A stretch of DNA of 24,014 nucleotides from a virus (taxonomy: Duplodnaviria; Caudoviricetes). The stretch's first letter is position 1. Every line of letters begins with the position of its first letter. The DNA is taken from positions 1-24,014 of the IMG/VR virus record IMGVR_UViG_3300030330_006376; one strand, 5' to 3'. This document shows, piece after piece, positions 1-8,494 of the stretch. Below the pieces are notes generated by a model that saw only the letters and a list, made by a program, of their open reading frames with translations, made no database searches and was not told the origin of the DNA. A program made the position numbers and the translations under genes.

Positions 1-374
1 CCATAAACTTTGATTCCCTCTTCTTCTTGGCCGCGGACAACAACAGGCGAGAAGTAACGCTGTCTCACAAAAAGAGACTTGGCGAGCTTCTTGCTTTCTT
101 CGTCGTTATTGGCGACACCTTCTTTCCACAGAGAAGAGGCAAAATCGCAAATTGAACATCTCTCTCCAAAATTTCTTTTTGGACAGAGCACACCACCCTT
201 GCGATCGGGGATGTTATAGTGGAAGTGCATTTCCTTTAGAGGATCGCCATCTGCGGCGGGCACAATCCGAATTTGGCTTTCGCCATCTGGCGGCTTAAAG
301 AATATTGAATCTGCATCATCCTCGCCGCGAAGCTGTTGAAGCTTCTTTCGCATAAGTTCCATATTAATTGACAT
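1..374 (-). CDS. gp32: T4 gp32-like single-stranded DNA-binding protein (5' part; runs off the left edge)
   Basis: Not in the ORF track; translated by hand from ATG at 374: MSINMELMRKKLQQLRGEDDADSIFFKPPDGESQIRIVPAADGDPLKEMHFHYNIPDRKGGVLCPKRNFGERCSICDFASSLWKEG...RQRYFSPVVVRG. The F-K-P...IRIVP segment and the H...C...CxxC Zn ligands match gp32. SD AGGAG at 384-388. Confidence 0.85.
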   Translation of the reverse strand, partial: MSINMELMRKKLQQLRGEDDADSIFFKPPDGESQIRIVPAADGDPLKEMHFHYNIPDRKGGVLCPKRNFGERCSICDFASSLWKEGVANNDEESKKLAKSLFVRQRYFSPVVVRGQEEEGIKVY

Positions 375-427
375 TAGTTTTTTCTCCTATTTTGTTTGTA
401 AAGTATACCAAGCGTTCCTTGATATCT

Positions 428-456
428 AATGTATCACTCTTGTTCTAGCATGTCAA
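428..456 (-). promoter_or_regulatory. Sigma70-type promoter for the SSB gene
   Basis: Minus strand: TTGACA (456-451), 17-nt spacer, TACATT (433-428) preceded by TGn (extended -10). It overlaps the last codons of the tubulin-like gene. Confidence 0.75.
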
Positions 457-1294
457 GAGTCTTTTGTTGTTGTATTGCGTTAGTGTGGGCAACGCAGAAC
501 CCAAAGTCTTGTAAATGTGTTTCCCAAATACCATATGAAATCTTTCTAAAAGCATTACGTGGTTTGGATTTTAATTTGTCTACGATTTGCTTATGCAAGC
601 CTGCCTCTTTTTCTAATCTATCCTCATTAACACATATATAATAACATACCTCGCGAGGACTGTCAAGCTGAAAAAGCCACTTTTCGTTAAGATTTTTTAT
701 ATTAAGCATGCCGACGCTTCTAATACGATTGACCGATGCCGGGCGGTTGAGTTGGCCGATCTCTGGTTCAGTGTATGTAAAGAAGTTTAGGTAATGCACA
801 GTAGAAAAAATTGTTGTGTTTAGGGAATCATAATAACTCTTAATAGAAACGTTGTCAAGGTATTTTTCGATCTCCAGATTAGAAAGAATGGTAATATTTT
901 TGAAAAGCCCAGAACGAGCATATTCTTGAAGTACTCCAAACATTACATTTTCGACAAGTTTTGGTATACCAGTCAGCAACTCAATGTCTGGTTTAACGTA
1001 GAACAGCTCAATAGATTTATCCCTAATTTGCTGAAGGATACCAAGGGTATAATTTGAACTCATTGCTGAACCAACAACAAAAACTTGTACTTCATCAGTG
1101 ATATCTGAAAAAAACTTTCCAAGATCTGGAACATTTTCCTCATAATGCTCTGGAGATTCAAACTCTTCAAGTCTAAACGAATTCCCTTTTGTTTTTACAG
1201 AATTTGAAAGTTTAAAAACTTTATAGTTTTTTTGTGATTCAAATTTTTCAGCAATTGCGCAGCCTGCATTTCCAATGCCAATAATCGATATCAT
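434..1294 (-). CDS. Divergent tubulin/FtsZ-superfamily protein (286 aa), GTPase signature degenerate
   Basis: N-terminal IIGIGNAGCAIA (T1 loop), FYVKP, ITILSN (T6-like) and YYDSLNTTI (H7-like) occur in tubulin/FtsZ order. The GGGTG[ST]G loop appears to be replaced by VVGSAMSS. Confidence 0.65.
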   Translation of the reverse strand: MISIIGIGNAGCAIAEKFESQKNYKVFKLSNSVKTKGNSFRLEEFESPEHYEENVPDLGKFFSDITDEVQVFVVGSAMSSNYTLGILQQIRDKSIELFYVKPDIELLTGIPKLVENVMFGVLQEYARSGLFKNITILSNLEIEKYLDNVSIKSYYDSLNTTIFSTVHYLNFFTYTEPEIGQLNRPASVNRIRSVGMLNIKNLNEKWLFQLDSPREVCYYICVNEDRLEKEAGLHKQIVDKLKSKPRNAFRKISYGIWETHLQDFGFCVAHTNAIQQQKTLDMLEQE

Positions 1295-2493
1295 AGCTTA
1301 AGTTCTCCAAGATTCAGATAGTCTTTACCAGCTTTTAAGTTTGTTTTGTAAGTGCCAAGCTTATTTACAGAAAATATATTTTTTATTTCAGGAATCAAGT
1401 TTCTCTCGCTATCTGCAACATCAACCACGACCTCATCATGAACTATGTGTGATATAAATGACTTTTTTCCTTGCAAAAATTTGTCGATTTCAACAGCACG
1501 TTCATTTACTAAATCAGCAGTTGTACTTTGTACAATGTAATTCAATGCCTTATCTTTGTCAACAATTATTTTTCTGCTAAATGGTGTTTTGATATGCCCT
1601 GAGTCATAATATTTAGCCAGAATCTCTTCTCTGTCGTAGATAGAGTCTTTAATTTTTGTTGATCTCGGATTGTATAGCCAACCGAAAAATGTTGTCTTAG
1701 CTGCCTCTCTGTCAGTTATGCCGGCTGTTTTCAAAACATGCTCCATGTTCCACTCATGCACATCGTAGTCTGGCTGCTTGATGCCAAGCAAGGACATAAC
1801 TGTCCTTACCTCAGCACCATTATAGTCTAAAGAAACAAGCCACTCATTTCGAGGCTTAATTAAGGCCCTAAAATCTTTCTTCATTGTTAAGATTGGAAAT
1901 GACCCGGGATGAGTGGAGAGTCGGCCTGTTTTGGTGCCGAATATGTTATAATCTATATATCTGTTACCTTTTAGTATTTTTTGTGCCATGGCACGATTTT
2001 GCGAAGACGTGAAAAGGTTCATACAGTTAGAATTATTTAGATTAAGTTTTTGATATCTAATCTTATAAAGAAGCTTTTCGACTGAAACTAGGTGTTCGTA
2101 ATTTGCTGGCCGGGCATAATTTTCATAAACATATTGCGTGATTTTATTCTTGGTCTCCAAGAATTCTACCAAAAAATCGTGCGGTACCAAATCAAAGAAA
2201 CAATGTTCTCTAAAATCAATCTTGGCAATTTCAAATGCTTTTTTGAATGCGTTCATCTTAGTTTGCTTATTTTTTAATTCTTCGAACAACTCTTCCGGGC
2301 AAGAATCAGAAAGATTTTTACCGTCATTATAAAACCACATGAAATCGACATCTGGTTCTTTAATGGAGCCAGAATATTTCCAAGTTTTGAAACCTGACAT
2401 ATCTTGCGGAAACCTTGTCTCATCGAATACCAGCTCACCGCTGTAATAAATACCGATACATTGTTCTTTGTCGTCTAACGCTTGAAAATACAC
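1291..2493 (-). CDS. polA: Compact family A DNA polymerase (400 aa)
   Basis: Contains TKTGRLS, motif A SLDYNGAEVR, motif B REAAKTTFFGWLY, ALNYIVQSTTAD and motif C IVHDEVV. GTG start overlaps the upstream TAG. Confidence 0.9.
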   Translation of the reverse strand: MYFQALDDKEQCIGIYYSGELVFDETRFPQDMSGFKTWKYSGSIKEPDVDFMWFYNDGKNLSDSCPEELFEELKNKQTKMNAFKKAFEIAKIDFREHCFFDLVPHDFLVEFLETKNKITQYVYENYARPANYEHLVSVEKLLYKIRYQKLNLNNSNCMNLFTSSQNRAMAQKILKGNRYIDYNIFGTKTGRLSTHPGSFPILTMKKDFRALIKPRNEWLVSLDYNGAEVRTVMSLLGIKQPDYDVHEWNMEHVLKTAGITDREAAKTTFFGWLYNPRSTKIKDSIYDREEILAKYYDSGHIKTPFSRKIIVDKDKALNYIVQSTTADLVNERAVEIDKFLQGKKSFISHIVHDEVVVDVADSERNLIPEIKNIFSVNKLGTYKTNLKAGKDYLNLGELKL

Positions 2494-3689
2494 TATTTCC
2501 TCAAATTATCTACTCGTTCACTATGATAACTTAAAGAACCACGATAGTCAAATGTTTTATTGATAATAAGCTCAAATGATCGCAGTGCAAGATTGGCACC
2601 ATTCCCTCTGCTAAGTTCAATGGTGTTGTCAATTAACGAGTGCATTTCTTGTTCTGTGAAGTCGGATTCTTCCTCAGCAAACCTGATTTTGCAGTAAAGA
2701 TCAATGAAATACGAATCACTATAAAAAGATGTAAAATCTTCGAATGTATAGTTAACAGGACGGATGATAACAGATTTGTGTTTATCGGGCTCGATTTTTG
2801 ACTCGACATGATATCTTTTTACTTTCAAATCAGTGTATAGACGAAATAAAATTCCTTTAAAAGTTTCCAAATAATCAGTATGCGCTGGCTTGTAGGCGCC
2901 GCCTAATACACTATCAGTTGTTCTAATTCCGTATGGTTCTGCAAACTTCAACATTTCTGCAGAGGCAATGTCGGCAACAAGAATATCTGGATTATTTTTG
3001 TCTATGGTGAACCCATAGTTTTCGCACGCATTGACATAGAAGGACCAATTTTTACTATCTATAAAATTTGAAACTTTTTTCTCATCGTTTGACAATGGCA
3101 AATTTGAAATTTTAATAGCCAAGCCTGAGCAAAAAATCGGACAGTCCCTGCTTTTCATAAACGCAGGCAGTGTGAAGGATTGTTTTTTAGTTGCTTCCAA
3201 CAAATATGGAAACAATCTCAAAATAAATTCATCAAAATCAGCAAATTTTATGTTGTTTTGCTTGCTGATAGTTTTAAATGCTTCTATGTAAGAATTGATG
3301 TGATTTGTGTATGCTTTTTTATACGGCACATACCCCTTGTATGCCTTAATTTGTGATAGGAACGATTCTGATTTTGAAATCTCGTTAAGCATATATTTTT
3401 TTTGAAACTGCTTGTGTAGCGCCTCAAAAGCATCAGATACAAAATTTAAAACTTTGGTATTAGAGGGGTCCATAGAGCTATTCAATACTTTAAGGGGAAT
3501 TGTATCATCGGTTACGACAATCGGCAAATATAGCCTATTGACCCTGCCATAAAGTGCCTTTTCTGCAAAGCTAAAATCAACCAAGGCGTTACTAGTCTTG
3601 TTCCTTGCAAGCTTCAGATCGTAAACTAACTTTTTCTCAAAAAGATTTTTTGTTGATTCAGAATTTCCTTTCCTATAAAATTTTGACAT
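2493..3689 (-). CDS. Hypothetical protein (398 aa)
   Basis: Long ORF coupled to both neighbours (TAATG at 3687-3691, TAGTG at 2491-2495). No motif recognised. Confidence 0.8.
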   Translation of the reverse strand: MSKFYRKGNSESTKNLFEKKLVYDLKLARNKTSNALVDFSFAEKALYGRVNRLYLPIVVTDDTIPLKVLNSSMDPSNTKVLNFVSDAFEALHKQFQKKYMLNEISKSESFLSQIKAYKGYVPYKKAYTNHINSYIEAFKTISKQNNIKFADFDEFILRLFPYLLEATKKQSFTLPAFMKSRDCPIFCSGLAIKISNLPLSNDEKKVSNFIDSKNWSFYVNACENYGFTIDKNNPDILVADIASAEMLKFAEPYGIRTTDSVLGGAYKPAHTDYLETFKGILFRLYTDLKVKRYHVESKIEPDKHKSVIIRPVNYTFEDFTSFYSDSYFIDLYCKIRFAEEESDFTEQEMHSLIDNTIELSRGNGANLALRSFELIINKTFDYRGSLSYHSERVDNLRK

Positions 3690-6600
3690 TAATTAGGCTC
3701 CTTTGTCGGGCTCATACCCTCAGAAAATATATGTTTAAGATCGGAGATATCGCCACCTGCAACCCCTAATATATCGCCAATTTCCGTCAGGAACGTCGGC
3801 TGTGCAACAGCGGTAGTACGTACATTGTTAACATCTTCGGAATCTGATCCACCTTCCGACTCTTTTGTTTTACACTTATTTACATTTTTTTTCGCTGGGC
3901 TCTTTTTGTGCGCTTTTTTATATTCCTGTCCGATGCCGTTGGTCCAATATGCCACGAAAGAAGTGTCGAACGTTCCCGGTCCAAAATTGTGCTCTACTTT
4001 GGTTATATCATAATAACCTCCGATGCCTAGCTCTGTCAAATTTTTAAAATCGCCCCCAATCTGATCCAAAAACTCTCGGTCAATATTGGGTGCCCAACCT
4101 TTTGGGTCAACAAAAATTTTAGCGCCCGGAAAAACATTAAAATTGGCATATGATTGTACATCTACGTTGTAAACTTCAATTAATTGTTTTAAGCCATTGT
4201 ACCCAGATGCTTCAAATCTCGCTTCTTTCAAAAACGGTCTTTTGTCTCGTTGCAGCTTTATTGTTTTCACGATTCCGCGATCACGGCCAAGTATATAATG
4301 ATGACAGCCTCTTGCGCTATCTTTAACCTCATCTCCCTTATATTTGTCAATTGCTGACGTTCTTGACGCATAAAAAATTAAATAGTTGTACTGCTGCTTG
4401 GCTGAAGAACCATCACCTAGGTCATTGGATCCGAGCCCTAGGGTTTCTAAGATTGGCTGTGTGTCATACAAATTCATGGGTAAGCGATCTACAACTGGAA
4501 TGTCATCGAGGCTTTTTGAATTTTTGGAACCTTTTTTGCGAAGGCCTGCCTGTTCGAGTGCTTTATTTCTGGCTGTAACAATTTTGTCGGTTAAGTCATC
4601 GTGATTTTGTGCCTTATTAAAACAAACTGCTTCTGTCCGATTTAGCAAAAGCCTGTGCTTTACCTCACCGCCAAAACATTTGTTTGTGTTTAAAAAGTTT
4701 CTTAACATGATCTGCATCAACTTATTAATAAAGGTGGTTAGTGGTAGTCTGTTTATATCTTTTTGTAGAAGTTCAGATGCCAAAAATTCATTAAAATACT
4801 TAACAGTTACAGGTATATCTCCTAAATTAACAATAATTGTCTCTTTTGGATTTGCAGGATCTGCAATTTCCATTGGCCCAAGAACAATCCTAAAATTTTT
4901 GAAGTTTACTTGAGCTTCCTTGTAAGATTTAATAAACCCGTCGAGCTGTTTGCTAAACTCATTTTTGGCGCTTTGAATGGCTGCCTTTGTGGATGCATCG
5001 ACAAAATTTTTCGCACTTTCAACATTTTCATCTGTTACGTCGCTGAACTTACCTTCACGATTGGCAAGGTCCCTTTCATACTCTGCTCTCCTTTGTTCGC
5101 CAATTTGATCAGCCTTACCTTTAATATAATCATCAAGCCTCAATTTGAGATCAGTTGCGTCAGGCGAAAGGCCAGTTTCAACATTTTCAAGAGCGGCGTC
5201 AATAACATCAGCTAGATAGAAATAAGCAATATTAGAGTTAGAGATTGAGACCGGCTTACCATCGCTGCCTTTTAAAACAATATTGGCAACTTTGTCAGCT
5301 TGTGCCTGCGTTTTTTCTTTTTGCATTTCCTCTTCAATCTCTTGCTTTTTTGCCTCTGAGTCGTCTGGGTTTGGCTTCTCAATATCGGCCTTAAACGCCG
5401 AGTCTATGTTTGCCATAGGGCCAGCGCGATTAAAATCAGTCGCGATTTTTTCATCTATTGTAATATAGTGTATTTGTTGCTTATCCATCATTCGCTGTAT
5501 AAGTGCAGACATGTGCATTTTATTAGTAAATTTTCTAGCTGCGACACCAGCTTCTTTCATCTGTTTGAGTAAGTCAGAATCGCATGTTTTTGTCAGAGTT
5601 TGATGCATGATTCTGTCCATAAAATTATCCATACTGGCGCCAAAAATATCATAAACTGATGCACTAAAATTATCTGCGATAAAAGGAACATAATGTATTA
5701 CAAATGTAAGGCTACCATCATCATTAAAGTTGAACTCATGCGTAACAGGTGTCATTTGCACAGTTACAGTATTTCTTTGGATAGCTTGCATAAGGCCGCT
5801 GTTTCCTGCTACTAACTTCGCTGGTGGCCTAATACCAATTTTTGCTTTAATTGCGAAATCTAGACGGTTCAAATCGTCATCGGTGGTATTTGCTTTTGCC
5901 ATCTCTACAACTTCACGGTTACCCCTATTAAGTTCTGAGTCACCTTCAGCATCTGTGGTAATTGATTTCAAACAAAGATCTATATAGCGGTATGGCATGC
6001 TGCGGGCTGAGTTTTGTCTTTTCTTAAATAATTCCTCAAGGCTCGCACAATAAATTTCAAGTTTACCTCTCAAGTCTTTTTTGGCAGCAAAGGGGTCAGT
6101 ACCAATGAAGGATAAATTAAAACTTTTAATTCCAACACCACTGTTTCTTTTGTTTTTGTTAGAAAGAAGAGAAAGTAAATCAGTAGACGCGTCATCTGGC
6201 GACGTTCCGGGCTCGCTAGGGCTTGTTAGGACGGTATCAAATTTAATTTCTGTGTTTATGTTCTCTTTGGTTTCATCGTTATAGAATGTTTTAAAAAACC
6301 TCAATTCCGGCTGCAGTAAGGCTATGTCCTCTGATTTCATGTTAAAATATTCTTTGGTATCTGGATAAATCAACAATTTGTTTATAAAATTAAACGGATC
6401 ATCATGAACCATAATCGAGGCATTTGAAGGAATGTCATTTGACTGTACTGTATCAGCATAATATGGCAATTTTTTGAACTTACTGAGTGTTTTATATTTG
6501 TGTTTAATAATTCTAGGCAGGTAAGACAGCATAAAACATTGTTCAGCGAAGGTTACTGAATCGGCTTTACCTTTGCCTTTTTCTTTCTTTTCTTGAAGCG

Positions 6601-7111
6601 CGTCGGCGTCTGCTTGTGCTGCCTTTGCCCTGTCTTCATAAGCATTCAGCATCTCTTGCTCAGGTTGGGCGGACGTGTAGAGGCCTGATTGTATGGGATC
6701 CTCAGATTCAGGGTTTTCGCCAATCGTAGCCTCACCATCTCTATAAGCCAGCACTAATTTGTTGATAATGTCGCTAGCAGTTATAACCAAGTTCGGGGTC
6801 GAAAGATTTTTTATTTCGCTTGCTTTTCCTAAGTCAGCATTTTCAAATCTTTCCGTAAATAATTCGTCGTAAACATCACCAACCCCTTGAAAATGCGTAC
6901 TCGATCGACAATATTGGATCCATGAGTCAAAATCACTGTGTTCATACTCTGCTGTGCCGGAATCATCGAAAAGTGACGGACTTATCTCAACGATTCGATT
7001 TTCGTACATCTCATCCAACAGAGTTTTTAAATTTTGTGTTGCACTTTTAATGTGGTTCAGTGTAACATCATCTGTGTCGACATTTCTTAGGGTGAAAGTG
7101 CGAGCGCTCAT
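3689..7111 (-). CDS. Large baseplate hub-like protein (gp27/gpD/VgrG-type fold likely), 1140 aa
   Basis: Follows the tape measure, tube-initiator and LysM-like genes. The C-terminal FPGAKIFVDP...GGYYDITKVEHNF...FDTSF resembles the G-x-Y-x-I-x-x-V-x-H pattern of hub proteins. Contains charged coiled-coil insertions. Confidence 0.55.
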   Translation of the reverse strand: MSARTFTLRNVDTDDVTLNHIKSATQNLKTLLDEMYENRIVEISPSLFDDSGTAEYEHSDFDSWIQYCRSSTHFQGVGDVYDELFTERFENADLGKASEIKNLSTPNLVITASDIINKLVLAYRDGEATIGENPESEDPIQSGLYTSAQPEQEMLNAYEDRAKAAQADADALQEKKEKGKGKADSVTFAEQCFMLSYLPRIIKHKYKTLSKFKKLPYYADTVQSNDIPSNASIMVHDDPFNFINKLLIYPDTKEYFNMKSEDIALLQPELRFFKTFYNDETKENINTEIKFDTVLTSPSEPGTSPDDASTDLLSLLSNKNKRNSGVGIKSFNLSFIGTDPFAAKKDLRGKLEIYCASLEELFKKRQNSARSMPYRYIDLCLKSITTDAEGDSELNRGNREVVEMAKANTTDDDLNRLDFAIKAKIGIRPPAKLVAGNSGLMQAIQRNTVTVQMTPVTHEFNFNDDGSLTFVIHYVPFIADNFSASVYDIFGASMDNFMDRIMHQTLTKTCDSDLLKQMKEAGVAARKFTNKMHMSALIQRMMDKQQIHYITIDEKIATDFNRAGPMANIDSAFKADIEKPNPDDSEAKKQEIEEEMQKEKTQAQADKVANIVLKGSDGKPVSISNSNIAYFYLADVIDAALENVETGLSPDATDLKLRLDDYIKGKADQIGEQRRAEYERDLANREGKFSDVTDENVESAKNFVDASTKAAIQSAKNEFSKQLDGFIKSYKEAQVNFKNFRIVLGPMEIADPANPKETIIVNLGDIPVTVKYFNEFLASELLQKDINRLPLTTFINKLMQIMLRNFLNTNKCFGGEVKHRLLLNRTEAVCFNKAQNHDDLTDKIVTARNKALEQAGLRKKGSKNSKSLDDIPVVDRLPMNLYDTQPILETLGLGSNDLGDGSSAKQQYNYLIFYASRTSAIDKYKGDEVKDSARGCHHYILGRDRGIVKTIKLQRDKRPFLKEARFEASGYNGLKQLIEVYNVDVQSYANFNVFPGAKIFVDPKGWAPNIDREFLDQIGGDFKNLTELGIGGYYDITKVEHNFGPGTFDTSFVAYWTNGIGQEYKKAHKKSPAKKNVNKCKTKESEGGSDSEDVNNVRTTAVAQPTFLTEIGDILGVAGGDISDLKHIFSEGMSPTKEPN

Positions 7112-7112
7112 G

Positions 7113-7445
7113 TTATACTCCTAAAATAGCTAATGTTTCACGCAAATTAATCGGTATCTCCATTAGATCGCCATTAATCAAGTCACCTTCAAGCGCAACG
7201 CCATTGTACCATGCGATCACCCACCAATATCTAACATCTCCATAATATTTAAATGATAAATTAGACAGTCTATCTCCATATGACCAAATATGCGGCTGTG
7301 TCACAATTGCTGTTCTTTCCGCAATAGTAGGATTTCGAAGTCTAGGGGTTTCATAGTGGGTGACAGTTTTAATGTCTCTGTTTTCTAAAAGATAGGAGTA
7401 GTATTCATCATCATTAAAAAATTTATTTACCTTACTATATCTCAT
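7113..7445 (-). CDS. Baseplate wedge LysM-like protein (T4 gp53 / P2 gpX-like)
   Basis: GDRLSNLSFKYYGDVRYWWVIAWYN...GDLMEIP is a LysM-like signature, at the usual position in the baseplate cluster. Confidence 0.75.
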   Translation of the reverse strand: MRYSKVNKFFNDDEYYSYLLENRDIKTVTHYETPRLRNPTIAERTAIVTQPHIWSYGDRLSNLSFKYYGDVRYWWVIAWYNGVALEGDLINGDLMEIPINLRETLAILGV

Positions 7446-7447
7446 TT

Positions 7448-8485
7448 TTATTCTCCAGAATCAAGATATGCTTGGGCTTCATTTGCTAAATGTTCATCGT
7501 ACGCATCTGCTTTGCCTTTTTTCGACTTTCTGTCATAGCGATTAATTGCTCGTTGTGCGCGTCGGCCTCCAAGGGCGCCCCTGAACCTCGATGCAGCAAT
7601 GTCCTCTGCGGCTTGTTGATCTCTTTGCGTTTGCAATCTTCTTTCGTAGGTTGCCCGATTTATTACTTTTTCTCTTGGATCTGGCACTTTTAAAGTGACG
7701 TCAAAAGGTAATCCAGGATTTATTGCATTGCCTTCTGTGTCAAACCCAATTGTTTTTTCATGGATGACCGAAAAATCTAAACTAACAGTAAAATTTTGTG
7801 GCAAAATTACATTTGGACCAACTTCAAACATTGTTGTGTTGCCAAAATCAGTGTTAATACCCAAGTTATTTATTGCAGCCAAAATTCCGTTTTCCGCGTT
7901 TGGATCCCCACTAGAGCGATATCTACCATACATGCGACGTCTAGTCATACCTTCATCATCAGCTTGACCGGTCGATGTACCGCCAAGCACCTCTGAAGGT
8001 CTCTTGTTGCTGGTTAATAAGTTCATAACTTTAATTCTCACTAGGGGAGATTGCGTGATGATATACTGTGGCGGTTTGGGCTTGCCGTCAGAATCTATCT
8101 GCCCCTCATTCGTTTGCGCATAAGTAGGATAAAGCATTTGTGAAAGTTTTTGTAGTCTACCCATGTTTTCGTACGCTTCTTGTTCTGACGAAGCGGGCAC
8201 ATCGAAACCAAAGCTGACTGTGCGTCTAGTGTTCGCAAAAGTATAAATTGGGTCTGTACGGCCATAGACTTCTTCGGGTTTCCAATTGCTATTAAATGTC
8301 TCTTGATATTGAGTGATGAAAGCCTTGAAAAACACTTCCTTACCAGAAGCCAAGTGGTGGAACGAAACGACAAACTTGCCACCGTTGGCAAGCGCATCGG
8401 TGCCATCAACCATAGTTTGAAATCTTTCACTAGATCCATACTTAGATTGCCAAAAAAAGTTGCTGTCATCTGTCCAATCTGCCAT
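7448..8485 (-). CDS. Baseplate/tail-tube initiator protein (gp48/gp54-like tube fold)
   Basis: FKAFITQYQETFNSNW...YGRTDPIYTFANTRRTVSFGF and PLVRIK resemble tube-fold baseplate proteins. It lies directly after the tape measure gene. SD AGGAG upstream. Confidence 0.6.
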   Translation of the reverse strand: MADWTDDSNFFWQSKYGSSERFQTMVDGTDALANGGKFVVSFHHLASGKEVFFKAFITQYQETFNSNWKPEEVYGRTDPIYTFANTRRTVSFGFDVPASSEQEAYENMGRLQKLSQMLYPTYAQTNEGQIDSDGKPKPPQYIITQSPLVRIKVMNLLTSNKRPSEVLGGTSTGQADDEGMTRRRMYGRYRSSGDPNAENGILAAINNLGINTDFGNTTMFEVGPNVILPQNFTVSLDFSVIHEKTIGFDTEGNAINPGLPFDVTLKVPDPREKVINRATYERRLQTQRDQQAAEDIAASRFRGALGGRRAQRAINRYDRKSKKGKADAYDEHLANEAQAYLDSGE

Positions 8486-8494
8486 TATTTTCTC

